Assembly (NCBI RefSeq): GCF_000143415.4
Contig: NW_003314350.1
Coordinates: 434,001 to 498,000, forward strand
Origin: Selaginella moellendorffii
Taxonomy: Eukaryota > Plantae > Lycopodiophyta
Direction of reading: 5' to 3'
DNA: 64,000 bases
The notes below the pieces were generated by a model, which saw only the letters and a program-made list of their open reading frames with translations, was not told where the DNA came from and did not search any database. The stretch's first letter is position 1, and every line of letters starts with the position of its first letter. The position numbers and the translations under genes were made by a program. Below, one piece after another: positions 1 to 11,500 of this stretch.

Positions 1-269
1 TTCTTCAAGAAAGAAATGAAAGAGTGGGTCTGATCACAATGGATCAAGTTACAGTCCGCTCTGTTTAAGAAAACAAATATTGGAGTGACAGTTGAAGTTG
101 GCTCCATAAATCATCTCCAAACATTGAAACCAAACTTGAATAATATTGAGATACCTTAGTTTTCCAGAAAGCCTTCATTGTAGCTGTATATCTGATCCTT
201 TGGCCTTCCACAAGTAGTTGACAATGCCAAGCTGTAAGTTCAAACTATGCGAATAAAAAGATAGGAAAA

Positions 270-2060
270 AGAACCCATGCCCTCAACCATCATCAAGACA
301 ATCTCTGTGACAATGGGTGAAGGAGACTTTGTTGTGCTGCAGCAAGACCTCAGTAACATCCACTGGTGGTGTATCTCACAATCGCATGGCAAACTCGCCA
401 TTTTCGTCAATATCTGCACCTCTGCAAGGCGAGACAGACTCTCGGGACTAAGATATATCCCCACACCATGGGTCCAAAACCATGCTTGATGACATCGTTT
501 CGAGAACACCCGTACCAAGCCTGCTGCAAATTTGCATCCCCGCCTCACACCTTGGTCGTGAGATCGCTGAGCATCTCAAATGCTTCTCGGCGAGCCTGAC
601 TGCCAGGACAGTCATAAAGAACTTTTTACACCAAAGTAACAGGCCACCGCCGAGAGTCACCCTAGCCCCGCTAGAAACGCTGCTTTGACGTCGACGAGTT
701 TTGGATCGCCAGCCTTGAGCTTCGCGAGCCTGCCACCGCTGGAACCCACAAGATTGGAGAGCTTGTTGCGGCTAGAAGTCACGTCTTCCACTTCACCACC
801 CTCATGGAACAAGCCCCGGCCGTGTCGATGGTAAAGCTCGAGCTTCCTTGCAGTGCACTCAAGGAAGCCTTTCCACCGCCAAGGAGCTTCTCCACATCGT
901 CGAGCAATCCAGGGCCCTCAATGGCTGGATCGGGCTAAAAAAACTCTCCAGCAACCGATTGAGTTCCTGTATCCAGTCCCGGTGTATGCACAAAGAACAC
1001 TGCCAGATGACAGCTCGCAAAGAAAGTCTCCGCGATTTCCCTGCGCAGTAGGTCTCGCACAGAGCAGCACTAATTTCCACGGGGAAATCCTTCTGAATCC
1101 CTGCTGTGTATGAAATCTGCTGGTTGCTAAGTGGACTCCTTCATGGCCCTCTAGGGACACTATCGCCTGGACTCCGGGTATGTCCACTGCAAGGCTGCTT
1201 TTGCTGCGATAGTCACCTTCGGATGCCTGTTAGTGCCCATCATATCACTGCCACCGTTGCTAAGTGTCAATCTCGACGGTGCCTCCAGAACAAGATCAAC
1301 TTGATCGGACCCGCTTGCTCCACCAAATTCTGTTCAGCCTTATCCTGAACATGCCTCATGTTCAAGCTCTTGACTGCTGAGCATCGGACTTGCATGCAAA
1401 TCCAGTCAAGATTGGAAACACTGCTTGCCTGACCCTATCACTGTTCCATGCAGCTTGCTGCCGCATATCAAAAAACCTCTACAGAGATAGAGTGCGGGGG
1501 GCTGCCAACGCAGTAGGGATCAGAAAGTGCGTGGTGGTGGACCTCTGGGGCATTGGCAATAACAGGAAACTCGGAATATTCCTTGTCCAAGAGGCTCTAG
1601 GTGACGTGATGAGCCACATTGCTAAAGTCCCTGTACCGCAATCTTTGATGATGATCTCTGGGGATAGTCGCCAAGGATCCAGCTCCTTGACAGGATCCTC
1701 TCCGTTGGCGGCACACCTGTTGGAGCAGGAATCAAGGTGTCAAGGACACAGGAATCTGCAGCAAAAATCTAGGAGAGATTAAAGGAGATGAACTAGTATA
1801 TAAGACTGTATACAACAAGCATTCAACAGTAGCTTTTCCCGTTCCATCATGGTATCAGAGACTATTCTGTTCAGCTCTATTCGGGCAGTGGGCTTGATCC
1901 AGTTCACTCGAGCAACGTAATGCAGATCATGAGAGCCATCACAGGTGAAGCTCTGCCTCAGTAGGGCTTCTTCGTATTCTTACTGCTGAATGCGATGTAG
2001 TAGATTTTGGAGGGGCAATGGAGATAATGCTGCTGAAGCCAGAATCTAGTCCCTAGGTAA
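270..2060 (+). mobile_element. Heavily degenerate transposase-like relic, possibly hAT/DUF659 type
   Basis: Broken frames give ...SHLGREIAEHLKCF...ARTVIKNFLHQS, LVQEALGDVMS and IFDDDLWG, which loosely match hAT transposase segments. Many stops and frameshifts. A partial homolog lies inverted at about 4340-4520. Confidence 0.3.
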
Positions 2061-4339
2061 GTTGATCTTTGTTGTAATGACTTTTATCCGCAAGAAAGTT
2101 CAAATTGAACAAACATTGTTTAGGTAAATTCATTTCGGCAGAAGTCAGAATTTTTTTTGAGCTGGTGAGTGTTTTTTTTTATTGTTAGTTTTGCACGGGA
2201 CAGCGATCTCAAGTTGATGTTGTCGAGAAGAACTTGAGAAGAACAAATCCTTTGAAAGCGGAGGCGCACACGCACAGAAGGTGAGAACTCTATATCACTG
2301 ATTATGAATGGGTAGATGGACATGGGTCATCTCATCACAATCAAGTGCCTGATCCACACATGGAATCTTAGCTTGAATCATGCATAGCATTGAGATGATG
2401 GAATTTGGGGAGCTGATGAGAAAAACATATAAAAATCAACTACCCCTAGGTCTTTGCTCTTTACTTTTCTATAGCCTCAATCCTGCCTCTAGCATGGGTC
2501 TTCGCTAGAAGCGGCTCAAGGAACGGCTCAGTTACTTTGCTATAGCCTCAATCTTGGTGCCTCATTGGCTTCAGTTATCTGTGAGGCAAATATAGCATTT
2601 TTGATTGGCATGATAAAACACCATTGAAGTTTATGCCATGAAAATAAGAGAAACCGAAAGAATTACGCCTACCAACACTTTTGTATCCAGCGACAGTCTT
2701 TTGGTACGTCTTGCAAAGCGGTGTCTCTTTGGTTTCTCGCCAGTCCTTGCGCGCCAGCACAAAACTAAGAAAACTTACTCAAGAATGAAAGTTAAAAAGC
2801 AAAATTCTCCGGACCTCTAAACGAGGGTGCACAAGATTGTTTCGCAATTAATCCAAACTTTGGATCCAAACCATAACCATCAGCCCACACCCAATTCTCG
2901 CAATAGCCTCGGATTGGAACACCCTGTAGATCGAGTCACAGCGAAAACTTCGAAGCTTGCCTTGTTCATGGGTAGGGGCCTACGAACCAAATCTGTGCAA
3001 TCCGAGACTTCTTGTCTTCCAGTTCCATATGCGGTCCTAGCTCGCCCGAGACACTTGTCGCTGTGCCCAAGCGATTCATCGCCTCTGCGTTCATGTTAGT
3101 GCCCCAGAAATGCTCGCAGATCATCCGTACCTCTAGTTAGGACCGCTGCCTAGCTTGAGTCGATTGCCCAGAAAATGTGTGTACCCACATTTCTCCAAGA
3201 TTTTACTAATGTTGTTTTTGTTATTTTTTATTTGCTCAAGCAAGACTTATAGAGAATATACCTAGATTGCATATTCAAGAATATTTTATTATCTATTGGT
3301 TATTATTCATTTAGATTAATTTTGTATATATAAATTATAAACATATTTATAATTTATAAACTTTCCTAAACATTTTCTAGTATATTCTTGTTTATTCTAC
3401 CATTTAGCAATAAGATTAATCTTGATTTATAAATCATAAAAATATTTATAATTCTTAATAAATTAGATTATTCAAAAATACTACTTTTAAGAAAACTAAG
3501 TACATGGCCAGCAAATTATTTAATTTAACAACTTATTGTTATTATTATACACAATACTTAAGATATTTAACTTATATTGAACATATAGCTACCATTCTGC
3601 AAAGTGCTATTGGTACCAATACCTAGTCACTGGGACATACAATAGTTAAACCATAGACTAGATGGTAGAGGGCCAAAAATGTCCTCTATTCTGGCAAAAA
3701 TATATGGAAAAATAATACATTTTAAATAAAGTTACTTTGATACATTTTACTTAAAGTTACTTTGTCAGGAAAAGGGATGCTAATGCCAGAAGCAATGTCG
3801 ACCACAACTTGGACACTTCAAGAAGTTAGTGAATGATGCGACATGAATTTTGCAAGAGTTACATGCAAAACTTATTACCATTTGCATCAAAATTAGTTCA
3901 ACTTCTATGCAAACAACTTATCACTACTGGGAGGATTTTTCTCTATACATAAATCAAATATAAGAAAGAAAGCCACATTGAAGCAGCTAAGCACATCAAA
4001 GTGTGACTGCTCCACAAAAAGAACTTGTTTGCAGAACAAGGGTCCTTGCCACAAAGATTCAAGATGAAACCCAAGCAAGTTGGATCATTGCAGCGCAAAT
4101 GAATCATACCATAGGTTTAAAGAATTGTAAAAAGCACAATTTCCTTCTGAATTAGAATAGTGTCACTGGGACCAGCAATATGTAAGAGAGTTAAATTAGA
4201 TGTACACTTGAAACTAACTCAACCTGAATATATAGAGAATATATGTCTTTGAGTATTTGCTTCACTTGCTTCAAGATCCATAACTACCGTTGTCCTTCGA
4301 TACACATAGAAGATTGACTCAGCTGTCATAGAAACAATA

Positions 4340-4520
4340 AGACTTACCACTTGAGAATGTGGTTTTGGCTTGAGGAGCATGATCTCCATTGCAACTACAC
4401 CACACTTGGCATCTTAGACACTAAGCTTGCCCCAGAGATCATCATCAAAGATTGTGGTAGCAAGAATTTTGGTGAAAAGCTTGTTGTCCATCAAGTTATA
4501 TAGAGCATCTTTAACTCCTT
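4340..4520 (-). mobile_element. Second, inverted fragment of the same transposase-like relic
   Basis: Minus strand reads VKDALYNLMDNKLFTKILATTIFDDDLWG...AMEIMLLKP followed by gtaag, matching 1634-1662 and about 2014-2060 on the plus strand. Confidence 0.4.
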
Positions 4521-4899
4521 AGGTTGTTCCAACATTTATTAAAGGTAGCCTCAGTTACCATTTCAAGGACATATGTCTTCATTTGTATTTGACCTCCCAC
4601 GATCATTAACTTTAATTTTAAATTCATGAGTACAATCCTCAACTATATGAAAATAATTTTACAACTTCTTTATTGTTTTGAAGTTTCTATTATTTTTATG
4701 ATCCAAACTATAGTTGTTTACCATAACTATATTAACCAATTTGCTAAGTCAAATATTTATATGAATTATTTCCTCAACTCTTTGAAGAAAACTTTCTACT
4801 ATTTCTAAGATCCCAAAGTCACTCCATTAATGATCCCTTTTCCCATATCATTTATAAGTTCACATATGAACTACAATATAGAGTTATGCCCTCTCAACA

Positions 4900-6000
4900 T
4901 GCAACTCCTTGAGTATAGCCCCACTCCTGGGACCATCACATGTCAACATAAAATAATGATATACCTGGCCACCAATAAAAGTCAAATTAAGGAATAACTC
5001 TAATACAAAATTATAAGTGATTAATTTTTCCATTCTACTTTAATCACTTAACCATACCTTTGATCACTTGAAAGAGTCTCATACACAACTTTCATAAGTC
5101 TTATTCCTGACTTAAGGAGTTGTTAGCCCTATAAATGTCCTTTATGCCACTCTGCCTTTGCATTTGGTTCAAATGCTCCATGTATTTAATTCCACAATAG
5201 ATACCCAAATATACCACTGATATATCAGCCTTTTACACTAAGGTTATGTCCATTCATCTTTATCATATTGGTAGCTCAAAACCACCCGACCACAATCCTA
5301 TCTCCCAAAGACTGGGTCATCCATCCATGAGTGGTCATCTGATGACCACATTTTAGCATTCTTGGGATGCCCAGAGATATAAGGAACACTTATCCTTAAT
5401 TTTCATTTTTTGGTCCCTACCAAGTCCCTCTCCATCCATTGTTGTGCTCACCAACACCATCATTGGGTCATGGCTTGAAGGCTCAACCACCAAGTCTTAT
5501 TGACCTTTATGACTTCTGTGGTATAATGCAAGCTTCATGGGTACTCTTCCAACCATATGGTAAGAGCAAGGTTTTTAAAAAAATGTTGGAGAAGGGTTCA
5601 TCTATTAAATGATATGAAGATTTCTCCATGTCGAGAATCAAGAATACTCCCCCCATCTTTTGCCTTTGGGTGCTCTAGCCAAATGGCTAGAGCAAGATTC
5701 TAATTAGCCATGCCAAGTATTCAAGTAAATAGTGCCTTCTACATTTAGATTGAGAATATCAACCATTCAATCTCCTAAGGGAGCTAGAATTGACTCTTGA
5801 ATATTTCACCAAGTTACTTCACTTGTCCATCCATGTTCACTCTAGCCTTGGAATCTTTAATAGTTATATCATCACCCATTATATGGGGTTAGCCTTTCTG
5901 AGTCACACTAGTCTTTCTTAACTAACTAATTCCAATGAAGTTTAACTCTCTCTACTATACTTTTTGAACCCCTCACTTGGGCACATTGTTAGTAAATTGC
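4900..6000 (-). mobile_element. Decayed Ty3/gypsy-like pol remnant
   Basis: Stop-ridden minus-strand fragments (KARVNMDGQVK, LGMAN*NLALAIWLEH, ILDSRHGEIFISF) resemble a retroviral-type protease region. The DNA is AT-rich with no long ORF. Confidence 0.3.
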
Positions 6001-6205
6001 TTCAAAGTCATGGTTTATGGTTAATATGCTTAATATAAGAACTTAACACATCTAATTTAAATACTTTGTCTAAGATAATTCAATTGCCATGGACACTTTT
6101 GCCTAGGAAAGGGCTACATACTCAAAAGTTGAAGAAACTTAATACTTATTGATGACCATGTTAAGGTACATGGACTAGCAAAGCCATGAGCTTGAGGGGA
6201 CATGC

Positions 6206-7143
6206 TTGCCTAATGCTCAAATTTTCATAGCTACATTCAAGAAAAGTTATAGCCTTGGAGAACGGAATAGCTCTTCTTTGGACATGAGGCTGGACTCCAA
6301 AGTGTTCATGGCAAGCTCTTTGATAGATCTGTACATGAAGTGTGGCACTATGGATGGAAAGTTTTCAGAGAGGACACCAGGGCGGGATATGGTTTTATGG
6401 ATGGCACTTCTGCTTGTCTACGTCTCAAATGGTGAAGAAGAGGGAGCTCTAGAGCTCGTCAAGTTTGTGGAGGTGGATGATGATGTGATCGGTCGACCAT
6501 TCCCTTGGGACTCAATCTCTGTGCGTGCTTGGGATCCAGAGGAAAATGGAGAGAGGCATGGCGTTCCACTTTCAAGCTTACCATGCCGGCTGGAATGACT
6601 ACGAGGTGGCTCGCGGCCTTGTGATGTACGTGAAGTGTGGGAGCATGGGGGATGCTCGCCGAGAGAGATGATGTCACAGCATGGAACTCGATGGTCTTGG
6701 GCTATGCCGAGAACAAGCAAGCAGCGCTGTGCTTGGAGCTCTTTCGAGAGATTCCTCCTCAAGTTTTGGACGCTCACAGATTGGCTGCTGCTCTCGAGGC
6801 TTGTGGAAGCCTGGCGTCTCTGGAACCGGGCAAAGCCACTCATGCTCTAGCTTGCCGCTTGGGGATGGAAGAATCTCTCATCGTTGGGACTAGTTTGGTT
6901 GACTTCTATGGCAAGTGTGGAAGCATGGTGGACGCTCGACTGGTTTTTGATGGGATCTTTCCCAAGAAGCTAGCGGCCTGGACAGCTTTCATGGAAGGCT
7001 ATGGCCGTCAAGGAAGCTCCAAGCTTGTGACGGAGCTTCTTTGTGGAATGGAAGAGGAGGGCTTTCGACCGGACGCTAAAACTCTGGCTAGCGTTATCAG
7101 CAAATGTGATTCCTTCCCAGATTATTCCTGGTGGAACCAATGA
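6206..7143 (+). pseudogene. PLS-class pentatricopeptide repeat gene fragment, frameshifted
   Basis: PPR motifs VFMASSLIDLYMKCG, MYVKCGSMGDARR, DVTAWNSMVLGYAEN, VGTSLVDFYGKCGSMVDARLVFD and GFRPDAKT are spread over different frames. No E/DYW domain is present. Confidence 0.85.
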
Positions 7144-7329
7144 ATTAAATGCCGCAGTAGACATGGTTAGCTCGATGGAAAGTGTTAGCAACGCTATGTT
7201 GGTGAGAATTATCCTAGATAGAAGGTGGAAGAATCTTCAGGTGGCATTCAAGCGTTTGATGGATTTGGATGAGTTTGATTCAGTGGGTTATGTACTATTT
7301 GCATCGAGCTATGATTAAGTGCAAATAAT

Positions 7330-8373
7330 TCACTTAGTTATTCTTTCTTCGTAAGAACGTGTCTTGCTCTGAATGGAGCGAGCGGCAAAGGTTAGAGCTC
7401 CAAGACCAATGGTGATAGCAATGGGGCCTCCGTACTCCAATGCCAAAGTCTGCCACATTCACGCAAGAATCGAGCATGGAGTAGCCAGCGAGTAGAGTGT
7501 GCTTCCGGCGATGTTGTAAAGAGCACGAACTGGGGCGAGCAGTGACTGGTATGCATATGGGAGGTATTCGCTTGCACCAAGAGCATTGAACAGAGAATCT
7601 AAGAACCATTCGCTGTGAACAGAGGCCACCACAAGAATGTCGTCCGAGAGTATCAAGGGGTTGTAGAGTCCCAGCTTGTCAACCTTTGAGATCTCTGCGT
7701 ATATCAAGATTGTGTTATTACAGAACATTAGGATGTGTGGTTTTTTGTACCTGTGATTGGTGAGGCTCCAGAGATTGTGGACAGGCTATCTCCAACTTTG
7801 AGATCAGCAGCTCGCTTGTAAATTGTCTCTCCTTTCGTATTAACTGGGACAAAATGACTGGTTGTAAGCTCCAAGGTGTTGGCTTTGGTCTTGACTTGCA
7901 CGAATTCAGAAACAACATCTAGATCCTTGTGACCAAATGCGTAGATATCCGAAAATGAGTTAATTCCAACAGCAACCTGTAGAAACTTATTAATCATATG
8001 AAGCAAAGTGGATTACTAGCTAGGATCTTGCCTTATCTCCAATCTTAAGTTCCTTCATGGTCTTCATTTCCCCACTGTACATATGAACCATTGCATCACC
8101 TAGATAGATATTGCATGTACTTAGCACGGTGTAATTTGTAAAGAATAACTTTATTACCTGGAAAGCAATCAGTGTTGTTTCTACATATTCCATTGTTACA
8201 TGTGAATTCTGCGCTGAAATATCAGCACTAGTGTTGCATTTCACTATATTAATAGCAAACACGGTGGAAAACAATCCAAGAAGAGAGATCACAGCATACA
8301 CAGCAGCTAGAGAAACTATTGCCTTTCAAGTATACTTAACGAAACACTAAGCTTATGAAGAATCATTGGCCAT
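7330..8373 (-). pseudogene. Hedgehog-type Hog (Hint autoprocessing) domain gene with signal peptide and short Cys-rich N-terminal peptide; frameshifted
   Basis: Removing introns 8100-8157 (GT-AG), 7977-8031 (GC-AG) and 7695-7750 (GT-AG) gives D-CFPGDAMVHMYSGEMKTMKELKIGDKVAVG...FSDIYAFGHK...LELTTSHFV...KRAADLKVGD...GLYNPLILSDDILVVASVHS, i.e. Hint N1, TxxH and C-terminal blocks. Frameshifts near 8220, 7500 and 7445. The start (ATG 8373 plus a weak GC-donor intron 8323-8370) is tentative. Confidence 0.85.
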
Positions 8374-8585
8374 GCACTGCTTAAATAGGATGAACTTAAA
8401 CGTAATTACATGTGATATGATTTTCTGGGGAAGAATATAAGTTACACCCTAAAAATTTATTTAAAACATAAATTATAGGTTTTTTTACTACGATAGAAAT
8501 TATTTAACTCACAACATTTAGGAGAATTTTAGTCCTCAGAGAACTAACTGGCTAGCCCTTTTAGAAGCGAAATGCTTGACGAACT

Positions 8586-11500
8586 TCACTGGTTCCCTCT
8601 ACCACCCCTGCCTCTGCCGCCCTTGTTAGTTTTCGGTGCTCGGACAACCCGGTTCCTCAGTGCTTCTGGGGACGAAGGAGACGCAGCACTCCGCTTTCTC
8701 TCCTTAGCTCTTTCCCGGGCCCTCTCGTTCAAGTTTATAGTGGTGCTTGTCACTGCTGGTGCTGGTGGTGTTCCTCCCGACAATCCTCCTGTTGGTGGTG
8801 TTGTTACTCCTCCTGTTACTGCTCCTGGGTTTGGTCTTTCAGCTTCAGCCATTCCGGCAGCCTCTCCTTGCTCGAAAGAAGTCTCGGCCGCCATCTCGGT
8901 GGAAGTCGTCTCCTGACCTGCGTCTTTGCCAAGCTCTTCCTGCTCTTTGACGTCTTCCATCTCAAACTCTCCTTCTGTTCCAGCCTCCTCCACAGTTCCA
9001 AGTGAAATCTCGCCGTCTTCCACGTCTAGACTCATCCCGTTGTCGTTCTCGTTACCCGTCGCTTCTCCTGCCTCTGTTGTCTCCTTTTGCTCCGGTTCCA
9101 CGTCCACTTGGAACTCGAACATTACAGGCGACTTCGGCTCAGAGATCTCAATGACTGGCTCGTCCGCTGTCCCGGAAGAACTTCCCTGCGCTAGCTGCAG
9201 CTCTGGCGACTTCTCCTTGAGCTTGCTGCCACTTCCATCAAAGTCATCTAGCAAAGACTCCGGACGAGAGAAACGGACCCGCCTCTGAGGAGCGGCAATG
9301 TCTGCGGCAAGATCAGCGCCCTCCAGCGACGGTAACTCCTGCTGCTCTTCATCAAGTTCCTGGAGCTTTGGTTCCTCCACTGCAGTCGTAGTAGCAGCGT
9401 CCACTTCTGGCTCTGTGGCTGGCTCGTCGTTCCTGGCCTTCTTTAAAGGTGGCAAGACTTCGTTTCTAGAGTCTTGCTGCTGTATGTTCTCGGTGTCCAA
9501 GCTCTCTGACGACGTTCTCTTGTGACCAGCAGGCACCGCAATCTCCATAGGTATTGCCACTAGTGCGTTCATGTCATTCTCCACCACCGCGTCAGGAACT
9601 CGAGCAGTCTCGCCCTCGGCCTCGGAAGTCCCTTCGCCAGCCGCGTCCAACGAGGATTCCACAGCTTCCGCTGCAGAGTCGGATTGGCTGGAAGTCTCCA
9701 TCCTAGGCCGGATTATACGCCTCCCAGAGCGACGAGTTTGGGTTTGGAATTTCTGGAACACACAAACGCAATTGAGAATGCCTTCAACTTAAAAATAACG
9801 TGTACCTCTTTCTCGATGATACTTGCACGAAGCGCTTGCATTGCCCTCAACTTATCATCCAGAATAGGTGCTGATGGCGGCCGTTGTACAGCTCTTGGGA
9901 ACGGAACCGACGGCCTCACTATGCTTAGATGCATGGGGACTGGAGGAGGAGTCGGAGTCGGAGTTGGAGCCGGAGCCGGAGCCGGAGCCGGAGCTGGAGC
10001 CGAAGCCGGAGCTAGCACAGCCGGAGGAGGCACGTTGGCAACTGGTGGTGTTGTAGAAGTTTCGTGCTCAGGGGCTGCGACAACTGGTGCTGGAGTAAGC
10101 TCGGCAGCCATATCATTCAGTTGTTCAACTGTCGCAGAAAAAGTTTTAGAGCTCGCCTCCGCGTTTATGATGGTGGTGCTAGTCTCAGCTCCTTGGATTT
10201 GCTGCAACTGTATCACGGCATTCACGAGACCTGGATAAGTAAGAAAAATTACCTGTCGTAGTTGCTCGTTTTCTTGTTTCACTGCCTGCAGGTCTTCGAG
10301 AAATCGTTGTTTTTCCTGAAAACCACTATGAGCGTTCAGCTGTGGAGAAGAGCAGCTTACCGTGGTTGCTTTTTGCAGCAGCTCCATCAAAGCCGTCCTG
10401 TCTTTATCGATTTTAGATTTCGATTTATCCCTTTCTTTCTCCAAGGTTTTCTCGAGCGTCTAGACAAGAAAAATGTTAAAACACAACAGTAGGAAAAGGA
10501 AAGTAACCCACTTGAATTCTTGAGTCTTTCTCGATCGCCTCTCGTTGAGCTAGCTCGTAACGTGCAACGTTTTCTCTTTGAGCTTGTTCTAACCGCAATG
10601 CAGACTCCTTTTGGCATGCCTCGAGCGCTTCTTGATGCACCGGCAACTTGCCGGACTTGAGTTCTTCAATTTCTTTTTGCATCACTTCTCTGTCCTTCTC
10701 ATATTTCCGCTGTTTCATCAAGACTTGGGTCAAAGAAATCAGGCAAGGTGAGCCTCACCTTCGTTTGGGTCAAGATCTTCCTGTTTCTCTCGACTTCGGC
10801 TCTCAGAGACGCCTGAAGAAACATATCAGTTAACGCCAACCACATGACTTTCAAATCACTCACCTCTAATTTTACAGCATCTTGAAACCTTCGCTCTAAT
10901 TCTGCTTGAGTCTCGGTTCTTAGAGCAAGCTCCTGTTCATACTTTGCGATGGTTTCGCGCCACATCGACGTCTCTGAGCCAATTCGTTCCTGCTTTTGAC
11001 CATGTAAAGCCTGTTTGATGTAAAGTACGAAGTTATACCTGTGTCTGTACCAGCAAAGCCTTCACTCTTTCATAATCATCGACATCTAGAGACTTGTACT
11101 TCTCCAACATCTGTACCCCCACATCAATCGTAGTTTAAAAAACCGCAAGTACTAACCTGAGTACATCTTTGTTCCCAGCGACGAGTTTCGGCTTTTGAGA
11201 CTTCCACTTCTTGTGCACGGGCGTGAAGTTCGAGTTGCAATTCCGTTACAGTTCTTTTAAGGGATTCATTCTCCTCTTCAAGTTTTTGAAACCTCCCTTG
11301 CAATTCCTGAAAATACAGAAGTAAAAAAGGAGCCTGCAACATTGATAGCTTTACCTTATTCTCATCAAGGACTCTCTTAATTTCCTCCTGAAGCTGCCCA
11401 TTGTTGCCGCGCAAGATATTCGTCTCCATAACCTGTGAACTAAAGTTTAGTGTAGCAAGCGTAGCTTGAGCCAATACCTGTGCCTGAAGCGCCCGAAATT

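Noticed and set aside
7330-8373. Interpretation as an intein or a true Hedgehog gene
   Set aside because: There is no C-terminal His-Asn plus nucleophile, no host extein or homing endonuclease, and no Hedge signalling domain. The motifs fit a Hog-type Hint.
8572-10238. Plus-strand Ser- and Gly/Ala-rich ORFs
   Set aside because: Antisense to the low-complexity NUA C-terminal exons.
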